DNA of 64,000 nt from the NCBI GenBank assembly GCA_022710775.1, contig JAKLGH010000002.1:12707-76706 (forward strand), in the 5' to 3' direction. Position 1 is the first letter of the stretch. Each line of letters begins with the position of its first letter. The stretch comes from Patescibacteria group bacterium. GTDB lineage: Bacteria > Patescibacteriota > Minisyncoccia > Minisyncoccales > UBA5738. This document shows, piece by piece, positions 24,628-34,405 of the stretch. The position numbers and the translations under genes are program-made. The notes beneath the pieces are model-generated. The model was not told the DNA's origin. It did not search any database and worked only from the letters and a program-made list of their open reading frames with translations.

Positions 24628-25059
24628 ATGGACGCTGAAATTAAAATAATTCTCCAGCTTTTCTTAACCGTTCTTTTGTGCGGCTTGATCGGATTTGAAC
24701 GGGAAATCAAAAAAAGGGGAGCGGGTCTTCAAACTTACAGTTTGGTTGGTTTGGGTAGCGCTCTTTTTGCTATTCTTACGTTTGGCATGCTGGGCCAGTT
24801 CGTTTCCGATTCTATCGATCCCACCCGATTGATCCAGGCGGTTGCGACCGGTATCGGTTTTATCGGCGCCGGAGTTGTTTTTCGGGGGGAAAAGCATATC
24901 GAAGGCTTGACTACGGCTGCCGGTTTGTGGGTGGTTTCCGCTATCGGAATTGCCGTCGCTATGGAGCTTTATATTGAAGCCGTGGCAAGCACGATGCTTA
25001 CTCTTTTCGTTCTTATCGTGTTCGGTTTTTTGGAAAGAAAGGTTCTCGATAAAGGCTAG
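24628..25059 (+). CDS. mgtC: MgtC/SapB family membrane protein
   Basis: The conserved N-terminal block LLCGLIGFEREIKKRGAGLQTYSLVGLGSALF. Confidence 0.85.
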   Translation: MDAEIKIILQLFLTVLLCGLIGFEREIKKRGAGLQTYSLVGLGSALFAILTFGMLGQFVSDSIDPTRLIQAVATGIGFIGAGVVFRGEKHIEGLTTAAGLWVVSAIGIAVAMELYIEAVASTMLTLFVLIVFGFLERKVLDKG

Positions 25060-25092
25060 CAGCGTTTAAAAAAAGGAGGATGATTCTAATAT

Positions 25093-26343
25093 ATGAAATT
25101 CGCGGCCGATCTTCATCTGCATTCAAGATTTTCCAGGGCAACATCGGCCAATATGAATATCCGGATGCTTGACGCATGGGCGCGCATTAAAGGCATTAGA
25201 ATTCTTGGCACGGGTGATTTTACCCATCCGGAATGGCTTCTGGAGCTGAAAAACGATTTAGAGCCGGCTGAACCCGGACTTTTTAAATTAAAAGGAAAGA
25301 ACAGTCCGACCCGTTTTCTGTTTACAGCCGAGATTTGTTGTATTTATTCCAAGAACGGGAAAGTTAGGAAGGTGCACATTGTTATTTTTGCTCCATCATT
25401 GGAAGTCGCGGAAAAGATCAATGCCAGGCTATCTTCTGCCGGCAATCTGGCTGCTGATGGCCGCCCCATACTTGGGCTTGATTCCTTGGAACTGGCTAAG
25501 ATAGTTTTTGACGCTTCCGATCAATGCATGGTCATTCCAGCTCACGCAATGACGCCTTGGTTCGGGATATTCGGGTCGAAATCAGGATTCGACTCGCTTG
25601 AGGAATGTTTCGGGGAATATGCAAAATATATTTATGCTATCGAAACCGGTTTGTCGGCCGATCCGGGAATGCTTTGGCGGATTCCGGACGGCCGGAGGGC
25701 GGCCCTTATTTCCAATTCAGATGCCCATTCCCCCCAAAAACTTGCCCGCGAAGCCAATATTTTTGAAACGGAGATCGATTATTTTGAGATAACAAACGCG
25801 ATAAAAGAAAAAGATCCCCAAAAATTTTTATATACGGTAGAATTTTTTCCAGCGGAGGGAAAGTATCATTTCGACGGCCATAGGGCTTGTAATGTATGTT
25901 TTTCTCCGCAGGAATCAAAGAAATATAACGGTAATTGTCCGGCTTGCGGGCGGCCTTTGACAATCGGAGTGGTGAGCAGAATTGAAGAATTGGCCGACCA
26001 GCCCGAAGGCTATCGTCCGGACGGAACGATACCTTACCGGCATTTTATCCCTTTGCAAGAGATCATTGCCGATGCTCTGAAGGTGATGGCTGCTTCAAAG
26101 CAGGTACAGATGGAATATGATAATCTTATCAAGGGTTTCGGTTCGGAATTCTCCGTGCTGCTCGGCCCGGATTACGGGGAACTGGCGCGGATTACCTTGC
26201 CAGAAATCGCTGAAGGCGTTATAAGAGTAAGAGAAGGAAAAGTGAGGGTTATTCCGGGTTACGACGGAGTTTTCGGAAAAATTAAAATTTTCGATGATGA
26301 GATTGTGGAGAAGATCACCAATACGCAAAAAAGGCTTTTTTAG
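25093..26343 (+). CDS. PHP-domain endonuclease Q-like protein (TIGR00375 family)
   Basis: ADLHLHSRFSRATS...GTGDFTHPEWLLEL N-terminus, an internal Zn-finger CNVC...CPACG, and a length of about 416 aa, as in EndoQ. Confidence 0.7.
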   Translation: MKFAADLHLHSRFSRATSANMNIRMLDAWARIKGIRILGTGDFTHPEWLLELKNDLEPAEPGLFKLKGKNSPTRFLFTAEICCIYSKNGKVRKVHIVIFAPSLEVAEKINARLSSAGNLAADGRPILGLDSLELAKIVFDASDQCMVIPAHAMTPWFGIFGSKSGFDSLEECFGEYAKYIYAIETGLSADPGMLWRIPDGRRAALISNSDAHSPQKLAREANIFETEIDYFEITNAIKEKDPQKFLYTVEFFPAEGKYHFDGHRACNVCFSPQESKKYNGNCPACGRPLTIGVVSRIEELADQPEGYRPDGTIPYRHFIPLQEIIADALKVMAASKQVQMEYDNLIKGFGSEFSVLLGPDYGELARITLPEIAEGVIRVREGKVRVIPGYDGVFGKIKIFDDEIVEKITNTQKRLF

Positions 26344-26361
26344 ATAAGTTAACCAACCAAA

Positions 26362-27264
26362 ATGACAACAATTGGAATTCCAAGATCGCTGATTTACTGG
26401 AAAAACCCCCTGTTTTGGGAGGCTTTCTTTGAAGGGATGGGTTGCAAGGTCGTGCTTTCCCCCAAAAGCAATAAGGAAATCGTAGATATGGGTGTGCGGG
26501 TCGCTGATCCGGAAACTTGTTTTTCGAGCAAGATTTTTTGGGGGCATCTTTTATGGCTGGAAGGGAAGTGCGACAAGATTTTTATTCCGCGGATGAAGAC
26601 AGATCTTAGAGGGCTGGAATATTGTCCCAAGTTTTTCGGTTTGCCCGACATTGCCAAGATCATCGTTAAAACGCCGATCCTGACCGAAACTTTCGATCAA
26701 AGAAAAGAGCCTTTTGATAAAACAATCCAGCATCTTGGCCGGAAGATCGAATCCGATATTTATTTAATAGAACGGGCAATGAATAAAGGACTGGTAAAAG
26801 AGCAAGACTTGCTGAAGGAGCGGGAAGAAAAATTTGCCCAAAAAATAGCATCTCCGAGAAAAAAGATTTTCCTGGTTTCCCATCCCTATAATCTGTACGA
26901 TGAATATTCAAATTTGAGAATCGAAGAAAAGCTTCATCAATTGGGGGCAGAACCTATTTTTTTAGACGAAGTTCCTCTTAAAGGCTTGACGATCGGAAAC
27001 AAGCTTGGTTTTGAAATTCCGAAATTCCATTGGGAGTTCGGCGAAGAAATGCTGGAAAAAATCGGCTTGGCGATTGAATACGGATTGGCTGGCGCAATCG
27101 AGATATCTTCTTTTCAGTGCGGCTGCGACGCCGTAATCAAGGAATTTGTGGAAAAGGCGTTCCGAACAAAAAAAGTGCCGTTTCTATATCTTATCATCGA
27201 TGAACAAACCGGCGAGGCCGGCTACCAGACTCGGCTTGAAGCATTTATTGACACGCTTAAATAG
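26362..27264 (+). CDS. DUF2229 (CoA-enzyme-activase-associated / acyl-CoA dehydratase-related) protein
   Basis: IGIPRSLIYWKNPLFWEAFFEGMGCKVVLSPKSNKEI...ETCFSSK matches the DUF2229 N-terminal consensus. No fused BcrAD/BadFG ATPase is present. Confidence 0.75.
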   Translation: MTTIGIPRSLIYWKNPLFWEAFFEGMGCKVVLSPKSNKEIVDMGVRVADPETCFSSKIFWGHLLWLEGKCDKIFIPRMKTDLRGLEYCPKFFGLPDIAKIIVKTPILTETFDQRKEPFDKTIQHLGRKIESDIYLIERAMNKGLVKEQDLLKEREEKFAQKIASPRKKIFLVSHPYNLYDEYSNLRIEEKLHQLGAEPIFLDEVPLKGLTIGNKLGFEIPKFHWEFGEEMLEKIGLAIEYGLAGAIEISSFQCGCDAVIKEFVEKAFRTKKVPFLYLIIDEQTGEAGYQTRLEAFIDTLK

Positions 27265-27484
27265 CCTTGAAAACCGGTATCGAAAACACCGATTTCCAAA
27301 TTAGCGTGCTTGAAAAATCCGGGTTGATACGGGTTAGTATCGGCCATAAGGACGAAATTATTTACCAAACTAATAATGTGCCGACAGGGACGCTGAGTTA
27401 ATGGTTGCTGTTTCGTAAGAGCAAATGCCAAAAAAAAGGCAAAAAATCCTTACGTCTTAAGGCTAAAAGCGTAAAACAGGATAA

Positions 27485-27507
27485 ACAGGAGTTGTCCTGT
27501 TTTTTTT
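27485..27507 (+). terminator. Rho-independent terminator
   Basis: acagga-gttg-tcctgt followed by T7, which runs into a TTGACG -35 box. Confidence 0.65.
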
Positions 27508-27533
27508 GACGAAACTAAAAAAATAATTATAAT
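27506..27533 (+). promoter_or_regulatory. Sigma70-like promoter (TTGACG-16-TATAAT)
   Basis: TTGACG at 27506-27511 and TATAAT at 27528-27533. Confidence 0.5.
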
Positions 27534-27568
27534 ATAATCGTACTTTAAAAAAAGGAGACGTTCGAGTA

Positions 27569-27919
27569 ATGAAAGAGATTATTCAAGCAACAACGGAGAA
27601 GGGATTTGCGGTTTTGACTGCAGAAAACCTTGATGATCTTGGCCGGTTATGCAACCGGTTACACAAAATTCTTAAAAACGAAGGCCGGAAGAATATTCTT
27701 TTGGCTCTTAAAGACGGCGGTCCGATGACAAGGTTAGAATTGAGCAGTGTGGCCGGCAATCAAACATCCGTCCATTTGGACTGGTTATTATCCGCTTGCT
27801 TTGTTTGCCGGGAAAAACAACGCCCGTTTCGTTATTCGATAAACGATTTTTTGTTGGAGCTGCTTGGATTGAAGCTGATGCACGACGAACAGCGCCGGCA
27901 AAAAAATTCGGGTGTTTAA
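27569..27919 (+). CDS. Small winged-helix (ArsR-like) DNA-binding protein, hypothetical
   Basis: RKNILLALKDGGPMTRLELSSVAGNQTSVHLDWL resembles an ArsR/wHTH recognition unit. The gene has its own promoter and terminator. Confidence 0.55.
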   Translation: MKEIIQATTEKGFAVLTAENLDDLGRLCNRLHKILKNEGRKNILLALKDGGPMTRLELSSVAGNQTSVHLDWLLSACFVCREKQRPFRYSINDFLLELLGLKLMHDEQRRQKNSGV

Positions 27920-27938
27920 ATATTTTGCGCGGCTAGAT

Positions 27939-27961
27939 AACGGGATTCATCCCGTTTTTTC
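27939..27961 (+). terminator. Rho-independent terminator
   Basis: aacggga-ttca-tcccgtt followed by a T-run, which abuts TTGACA at 27962. Confidence 0.7.
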
Positions 27962-28021
27962 TTGACATGGCGGCAGGATTGGTTAAAGTTTAGATCAGCA
28001 AATTAAAAAGGAGGAGAAACT

Positions 28022-28648
28022 ATGAGTCGGGAAAAAGCGGAAACGGGGGGAAGTCGGAATTTTCAAGAATTTTGCAGAGATATCGGCATTGATCTTGGCA
28101 AAGGCATGAGCCCGGAGGCGTTTTACACCGAAGTAAGCCGCATATTTCCGGAAATTTGCGAAGAAATAGGGATCTATCCCGTAAGTATTTCGCAAATCGG
28201 TGAATTTTCCGATTTTAAGCAAGTTGAAACGAGGCAATTTTTCGGCCGACAAATAGGCTTGATTCCGCTCGAAGGCTTGTTGTCGGCTAAGACAAAGGAC
28301 ATGGAACAATACTGCCAATATCCTTGTTTGTGCTGTTTTGACACATTAAAGCTGGAGCTTCTGGTAGCTATGGGACGGGTTTGGCAGTCAAAGGATCCGA
28401 ATGTCCTGCTTGTCCATGAAGGTTACGGGTCGGTTTCGGGCGCGAGGGATTTTATCAATACTCCAGATTTTCCAAGAGAGCCTTTGCCGGTTAGCGATCC
28501 CAAAAAGATTTGTTTCCATAGCGGTACTAAGGAAAGGACGGGAACGGTTCTCTTTGCCGGAAAAATCATTCTGGTGTTGCTTGGAGATAACCCCGGAGAA
28601 AAAATTCTGGAATCGATTGGCCGGATCAAGTGTGTTCGGGAAGATTGA
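28022..28648 (+). CDS. Hypothetical protein (208 aa)
   Basis: AAGGAGGAG lies 6 nt upstream, with a TTGACA-16-TAAAGT promoter. No recognisable motif. Confidence 0.5.
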   Translation: MSREKAETGGSRNFQEFCRDIGIDLGKGMSPEAFYTEVSRIFPEICEEIGIYPVSISQIGEFSDFKQVETRQFFGRQIGLIPLEGLLSAKTKDMEQYCQYPCLCCFDTLKLELLVAMGRVWQSKDPNVLLVHEGYGSVSGARDFINTPDFPREPLPVSDPKKICFHSGTKERTGTVLFAGKIILVLLGDNPGEKILESIGRIKCVRED

Positions 28649-28932
28649 CGGAATAAAAAATTTGCGCTAAAAGAAAGCATCAAACCATCAGTACGGCGGT
28701 AGTGTAGGCTGCAACACTGTTGCGGCAATGTCATCATGCGCGGTTGACAACCAAACGCGCGACCCCGGGGCGGATCCGGGCCGCCGCATTTCACGGCGAG
28801 CCTCGTCTTTGACGGGCCGCATATTCATCATACAGGGAAATAGATCCCTGTTTTTGTTTATGTTATCGTTGACGGGTTGGCCGGTTTTTGCTACGGTTAT
28901 GGCTCAAAACAGTGGAAATTGGAGGACGATAA

Positions 28933-29301
28933 ATGCCAAAGGATAAGGGTTTAAGCAAAGAAGAGCTGGTTAAAGGATTGGATCTATTGCTTGAATTATC
29001 CAGGAAAATTCTAAGCGATCCGGATTATATCAGGGTGTTGAAAGCAATGGCAAAATATCCCGCCGAATGGAAAGACGGGAACGCCATCGCGGAAAATTCC
29101 GGTGTCGATGGCATCGAGAATAACCTGCCGGTCATGCTGGACAGGCTGCACAACGCCAAGTTACTGCTGGTAAAAGGCAAGATTGGACCAAGGCCCTTAT
29201 GGCTTTTGAATCCGGAATTTACAGTATTGGTAGGCGCCGTTTTAGATTTTTGGGATGAGGCCGAAGAAGACAGCCAAACCAAGCTTAAGACAGAGGATTA
29301 G
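28933..29301 (+). CDS. Hypothetical winged-helix-like protein (122 aa)
   Basis: GGAGGA SD. YIRVLKAMAKYPAEWKDGNAIAENSG...LDRLHNAKLLLVKG resembles a wHTH. Confidence 0.5.
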   Translation: MPKDKGLSKEELVKGLDLLLELSRKILSDPDYIRVLKAMAKYPAEWKDGNAIAENSGVDGIENNLPVMLDRLHNAKLLLVKGKIGPRPLWLLNPEFTVLVGAVLDFWDEAEEDSQTKLKTED

Positions 29302-29381
29302 CCTCTGCTTTTTTTATCAGCCGCTGTTTTTTCGTTTTGCCTTGTAAACAGCGGTTTTTCTGTTAGAATGGAGGTAATTTT

Positions 29382-29894
29382 ATGGCGATATCGGAAAACG
29401 TTTTGAAAGGGAAAATAGCGGAAAACCTGGTTGAGGAGCTTTTGAAAAGGTCCGGCAACCGGGTTTACCGTTTGGGTTCCGACGCCCAGCTTGAGAATAT
29501 TGTCCAGTTGGAACAGGATTTTGGCAAAGATAGCCATATCGGGAAAAAAATCTCATCGATTCCGGATTTCGCGATTATTGGAGCACTCGGATTGCCCCAG
29601 CTTTTAGAGGTGAAATTCCGGACCGATCCGGAGTCTCTGGAAGAAGAGCTGTTGATGGATAAGGACCCGCTGGAAAAATTCTGGGAGGCAAAGATCGTGG
29701 TTGTTACCCCTAAGGAAAAACCTTTTTTTCGGATTTTGATACCGCCTTATTTTACCAAAGAAAAGCGAGACGGCTGGCCGATACCGGTTTTCAGATGGAT
29801 GGCTTTGGAAAAAGACCGTGATATTCTGGTTGAAACCGAGATCCTGCATGAGTTTGACAGCTTAGTCGGAAAATATTATTCAAAAAGGGGTTAA
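29382..29894 (+). CDS. PD-(D/E)xK nuclease-fold protein (Hjc/YraN-like)
   Basis: GKIAENLVEELLKRSGNRVYR ... IPDFAII ... LLEVKFR gives the E / D / E-x-K arrangement of restriction-endonuclease-fold resolvases. It ends 4 nt before leuS. Confidence 0.55.
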   Translation: MAISENVLKGKIAENLVEELLKRSGNRVYRLGSDAQLENIVQLEQDFGKDSHIGKKISSIPDFAIIGALGLPQLLEVKFRTDPESLEEELLMDKDPLEKFWEAKIVVVTPKEKPFFRILIPPYFTKEKRDGWPIPVFRWMALEKDRDILVETEILHEFDSLVGKYYSKRG

Positions 29895-29898
29895 AGAT

Positions 29899-32376
29899 AT
29901 GCCAAAAAAAATAAAAAAAACTAAAACCGGCGGAATCGCCAATAAGCCGGGCTACAACCATAAATCCATTGAAAAAAAATGGCAAAAAGCTTGGGAAGAG
30001 CAGGGGATTTTTTCCGCTGATGACGCAAGCGCAAAAACCAAGTTTTACAGCCTGGATATGTTCCCTTATCCGTCGGCTTACGGTTTGCACGTCGGACATT
30101 TCAAAGGCTATACGCTGTCGGATGTGATTGCGAAGCGGAAAATGATGGATGGCTGCGAAGTGTTAAGGCCGATCGGTTTTGACGCGTTCGGTTTGCCGGC
30201 CGAAAATTTTGCGATAAAAACCGGGATCCATCCGACGGTGGTCACAAAAAAATCCATCAAAAATATTCGTCGCCAATTCAAAGCCGCTGGCTTGGGATAC
30301 GATTGGAGCCGCGAGGTTATTGCCTCCAGCCCGGATTATTACCGCTGGACCCAGTGGATGTTTTTGCAGCTATATAAGAACGGCCTGGCTTTCAGGAAAA
30401 AAGCGCCGGTGAATTTTTGCCCTTCATGCAAAACCGTACTGGCCAACGAGCAGGTTGTGGACGGCAGGTGCGAGCGTTGCGGGAGTACGGTTGCAAAAAA
30501 ATTGCTTGAGCAGTGGTTTTTTAAAATTACCGATTACGCGGAGCGATTGCTTGAAGGCCTGGATAACATTGACTGGCCGGAAAAGATCAAGACTATCCAG
30601 CGCAATTGGATAGGAAAGTCTTATGGCACAGATATCCAATTTTCCTTTTTTACCGGAACAAAAGAAGGGGATAGCAGGAAGCTGGAGGTATTCACTACGC
30701 GCGCCGATACGCTTTTCGGCTGTACTTACGTTGTGATTGCTCCGGAACATCCGATACTGGAAAAATTGAAACCGCTAATTTCCAACTGGGACGAGGCGGC
30801 GGCTTATATGTCGGCGGCTTTGGCGAAAACAGAAATTGAGCGTTCGGCGGAAGACCGGGAAAAAACCGGGGTGGAGCTTAAAGGCGTAAGGGTTGTCAAT
30901 CCGGTCAATAATACCGATCTGCCGGTATTTATTGCCGATTATGTCTTAATGGACTACGGTACCGGGGCGGTAATGGCGGTTCCGGCCCATGACCAGCGGG
31001 ATTTCCTTTTTGCCAAAAAACATAAGCTTCCCATCGTCGAAGTGATTAAGCCGAAAACCGGCGAAACAACGTTGCCTGAACGCGCTTATGAAGATTATGG
31101 CGTTCTGCAAAACTCCGAAGTGTTTTCAGGCCTTGATTCGGAATCGGGCGCTAAAGACATTGCCAAGTATCTCGAAAAAAGAGGCCAGGGAAGATCCATG
31201 GTCCATTACAAATTGCGGGATTGGCTTATATCGCGCCAGCGCTACTGGGGCGCGCCGATTCCGATGGTCATATGTGAAAAATGCGGATGGCAGCCGGTTT
31301 CCGAATCGGAGCTGCCGGTTCTCTTGCCGCGCATCAAGGATTTTAAACCAACCAGCGACGGAAAATCGCCGCTGGCCCGCAACAAGGCTTTTGTTAAAGC
31401 TGTTTGTCCAAAATGCGGCGGCAAGGCGGAGCGGGAGACCGAGACAATGGATACGTTTGTTTGTTCTTCCTGGTATTTTTTCCGATATACCGATCCTAAG
31501 AACAAAGCGGTGTTCGCGGCGCCCGAAAAAATCGCGAAATGGCTACCAGTCGATCTTTATATCGGAGGAGTGGAACATGCCGTATTGCATCTCCTTTATT
31601 CCCGGTTTTTCACCAAAGCCTTGAAGGATTTCGGTTATTTGGATTTTGAAGAGCCGTTTTTAAAGCTTTTCAGCCAGGGAACGATTTATTATCAAGGGGC
31701 CAAAATGTCTAAATCAAAAGGCAATGTTATCAGCCCCGATAAGATTATTGCCGAGTACGGAGCCGATACTTTGCGCCTTTACGAATTGTTTATGGGTCCA
31801 ATGGACCAGTCGTCTGAATGGTCGGATAACGGTTTGGCCGGCATTTACCGGTTTTTGCACAAAGTCTGGCACCTTCAATATAAAGTATCCGATGGCGCCA
31901 AAGATAATCAGGATATTTTAAAGCTTCTTCATAAGACAATCAAGAAAGTGGGAAACGATCTTGATAGCTTCCGAACCAATACGGCCATATCGGCTTTAAT
32001 GATCCTGGCCAACGAATTGGATAAACAGCCGGCCGTTTCAAAAGATAGTTATCTTAAATTTATAACCATGCTGGCCCCGATGGCGCCCCATTTAAGCGAA
32101 GAACTTTGGCAGATATTTGGCCAAGAGCAAAGTATTTTTAAAAACAAATGGCCTGCCTACGATGAAAACCTGATACAGGAAAAAACGATTTTTTTGATTG
32201 TCCAAGTCAACGGCAAAACTCGCGGCAAGATTGAAATTGGCACCGGGGTTGCGGAAAAAGAAGCAAAAATCCTTGCTAAAGATTCGGAAATAGTGCATAA
32301 ATGGGTTGCGGGAAAGGAAATCGTAAAAACGGTTTATGTTCCCGGGAAACTTATAAATTTCGTAATAAAACCGTAA
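29899..32376 (+). CDS. leuS: Leucyl-tRNA synthetase
   Basis: HVGH (HIGH) motif, KMSKSKGN (KMSKS) motif, and a CP1 editing region, in 825 aa. Confidence 0.97.
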   Translation: MPKKIKKTKTGGIANKPGYNHKSIEKKWQKAWEEQGIFSADDASAKTKFYSLDMFPYPSAYGLHVGHFKGYTLSDVIAKRKMMDGCEVLRPIGFDAFGLPAENFAIKTGIHPTVVTKKSIKNIRRQFKAAGLGYDWSREVIASSPDYYRWTQWMFLQLYKNGLAFRKKAPVNFCPSCKTVLANEQVVDGRCERCGSTVAKKLLEQWFFKITDYAERLLEGLDNIDWPEKIKTIQRNWIGKSYGTDIQFSFFTGTKEGDSRKLEVFTTRADTLFGCTYVVIAPEHPILEKLKPLISNWDEAAAYMSAALAKTEIERSAEDREKTGVELKGVRVVNPVNNTDLPVFIADYVLMDYGTGAVMAVPAHDQRDFLFAKKHKLPIVEVIKPKTGETTLPERAYEDYGVLQNSEVFSGLDSESGAKDIAKYLEKRGQGRSMVHYKLRDWLISRQRYWGAPIPMVICEKCGWQPVSESELPVLLPRIKDFKPTSDGKSPLARNKAFVKAVCPKCGGKAERETETMDTFVCSSWYFFRYTDPKNKAVFAAPEKIAKWLPVDLYIGGVEHAVLHLLYSRFFTKALKDFGYLDFEEPFLKLFSQGTIYYQGAKMSKSKGNVISPDKIIAEYGADTLRLYELFMGPMDQSSEWSDNGLAGIYRFLHKVWHLQYKVSDGAKDNQDILKLLHKTIKKVGNDLDSFRTNTAISALMILANELDKQPAVSKDSYLKFITMLAPMAPHLSEELWQIFGQEQSIFKNKWPAYDENLIQEKTIFLIVQVNGKTRGKIEIGTGVAEKEAKILAKDSEIVHKWVAGKEIVKTVYVPGKLINFVIKP

Positions 32377-32396
32377 TCGCAATACGGAAAAAACAT

Positions 32397-34208
32397 ATGT
32401 GTGGAATCATCGGCTATATAGGCGTCAAACCTGCTTTCCCGATCTTGCTGTCGGGGTTAAAAAGAATGGAATATCGAGGATACGACAGTTTCGGTTTTCG
32501 CGTCCTGGATTCCGATAACGAACCTTTCTTTTATAAGAAGACCGGGAAGATCTCTTTGGCGGAGCCGGAGCTTCTAACCATGAAGGTAAAAGGACGCGTC
32601 GGCCATGCCCATACTCGCTGGGCTACTCATGGCCAAGTGACCGATTGCAACGCCCATCCCCATCTTGATTGCAAGGGCGACATATCGGTGGTTCATAACG
32701 GAATCATCGAAAATTACAAAGAGTTGAGAGAGGAATTGCAGCGCGAAGGCCATAAATTCGTTTCCCAGACCGATACGGAAGTGATTGCCCATCTGGTTGA
32801 GAAGTTTTTTGACGGCAATCTTGAGTGCGCCGTTAAAAAAGCCGTTGGTTTCTTAAGAGGAACATACGGCATTGTGGTGATTTCAAAGAACGATCCTGAT
32901 AAGCTTGTGGCAGCCCGGTCGGGCAGCCCGCTTTTGATTGGCGTCGGGGAAAATGAGTTTTTAGTGGCGTCGGATCCGGCAGCCGTTGTTTCCAGCACAA
33001 AGAAGGTTTTATATCTGAACGAAGGGGAAGTTGCTACGATAACGCCGGAAAATTATTTTATTTTTACCGAACGTCAGCCTCATGAAATCGAATGGAGCGC
33101 CGAAGACGTAGAAAAAGGGACATATCCCCATTTTATGCTTAAGGAAATTATGGAACAGCCGTCCAGTTTGAAAAATTCTTTGCGAGGCCGGCTGATCGTT
33201 GAGGAGGGTAGGGCGCAGCTTGGAGGATTGAAGTCGGTCGAAGAAAGGCTGCGCGATATCGATAAGATGTACATCGTTGCTTGCGGAACAGCCAGGTATG
33301 CCGGTTTGGTAGCTGAATATATGTTCGAAGAATACGCCGGCATTACGACAAAAGTGGACGCGGCTTCGGAATTTCGTTACCGCAAATCGACTATGGATCG
33401 GAAAAGCGCCATTCTGGTCGTTTCTCAATCTGGAGAGACCGCAGATACTCTGGCCGCCCTTCGCGACGCCAAATCGAGAGGAATACTGACCTTGGGAATT
33501 ACCAATGTCGTTGATTCGACTCAGGCGCGGGAAACCGATGCCGGGGTTTATAACCATGCCGGTCCGGAGATCGGCGTCGCCTCGACCAAGGCTTTTACGT
33601 CGCAATTGGAAGTATTGGCCCTTATGGCTTTATGCTTGGGCCGCCAGAGACAGCTTTCGAACGTGATGGGCCAGCGAATAGCCGCGGAACTGGAACGGAT
33701 GCCGGATTTGGTGGAACTGGCTTTAAAGTGCGCTCCGCACGTCAAGGAGTTGGCCGAAAAGTATAAAGACAGTGAAAACATGATTTATTTGGGCCGCAAA
33801 TACAACAATCCGATTGCGATGGAAGGAGCGTTAAAAATGAAAGAACTTTCGTATATCCATGCTGAAGGAGTTGCTGCCGGGGAGCTGAAGCACGGAATGA
33901 TCGCCCTTATCGAAAATGGATTTCCCGCTATCGCCATTTGTCCCTCTGATTCGGTATACGAAAAGATGATATCCAATATTATGGAATTGAAAGCGCGAGG
34001 GGCCAGAGTTTTGGCCGTTGCGACCGAAGGAAATGAAGAGATCGTCCAAATCGTAGACGATGTTATCTATATTCCGAAAACCTTGGAAATGTTGACTCCG
34101 ATATTATCCGTCATACCTATGCAATTGTTTGCTTATTATGTCGCGGCTGCGCGCGGTTGCGACGTGGATAAGCCCCGGAATCTTGCCAAGTCCGTTACCG
34201 TCGAATAA
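32397..34208 (+). CDS. glmS: Glutamine--fructose-6-phosphate aminotransferase
   Basis: The true start is the ATG at 32397, giving MCGIIGYIG (Cys2 nucleophile). Two SIS domains are present, and the C-terminus is KSVTVE. Confidence 0.95.
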   Translation: MCGIIGYIGVKPAFPILLSGLKRMEYRGYDSFGFRVLDSDNEPFFYKKTGKISLAEPELLTMKVKGRVGHAHTRWATHGQVTDCNAHPHLDCKGDISVVHNGIIENYKELREELQREGHKFVSQTDTEVIAHLVEKFFDGNLECAVKKAVGFLRGTYGIVVISKNDPDKLVAARSGSPLLIGVGENEFLVASDPAAVVSSTKKVLYLNEGEVATITPENYFIFTERQPHEIEWSAEDVEKGTYPHFMLKEIMEQPSSLKNSLRGRLIVEEGRAQLGGLKSVEERLRDIDKMYIVACGTARYAGLVAEYMFEEYAGITTKVDAASEFRYRKSTMDRKSAILVVSQSGETADTLAALRDAKSRGILTLGITNVVDSTQARETDAGVYNHAGPEIGVASTKAFTSQLEVLALMALCLGRQRQLSNVMGQRIAAELERMPDLVELALKCAPHVKELAEKYKDSENMIYLGRKYNNPIAMEGALKMKELSYIHAEGVAAGELKHGMIALIENGFPAIAICPSDSVYEKMISNIMELKARGARVLAVATEGNEEIVQIVDDVIYIPKTLEMLTPILSVIPMQLFAYYVAAARGCDVDKPRNLAKSVTVE

Positions 34209-34405
34209 CCGCTTTAATGCCGGTGTTTCCCAGCCTTACGGTCCGGTTGGGCGAAACCTTTTTGCTTTGCGGAGCGGAACGTTTTAGTTTTCAAAAAAAT
34301 GGTTCGATGCTAAGATAAAATAGCGTTGCTTTGGCTTTAAAATTACGGCTATGGCAATTAATTTAGCCGCCCGACGAAGAGCGGATAAAAGCAATCTAAA
34401 AAAAC

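Noticed and set aside
32301-32396. N-terminal extensions suggested by the ORF track for glmS (32301), hisS (52863), murA (38771), pth (52286), rpsU (54459) and the 7149 and 51269 ORFs.
   Set aside because: Conserved N-termini (MCGIIG, MKTKFQTPTGMHD, MAKKFLIRGG, MEKTVIIAGLGNPG, MALEIRKK) begin at internal ATGs. The extensions overlap upstream genes or intergenic signals.
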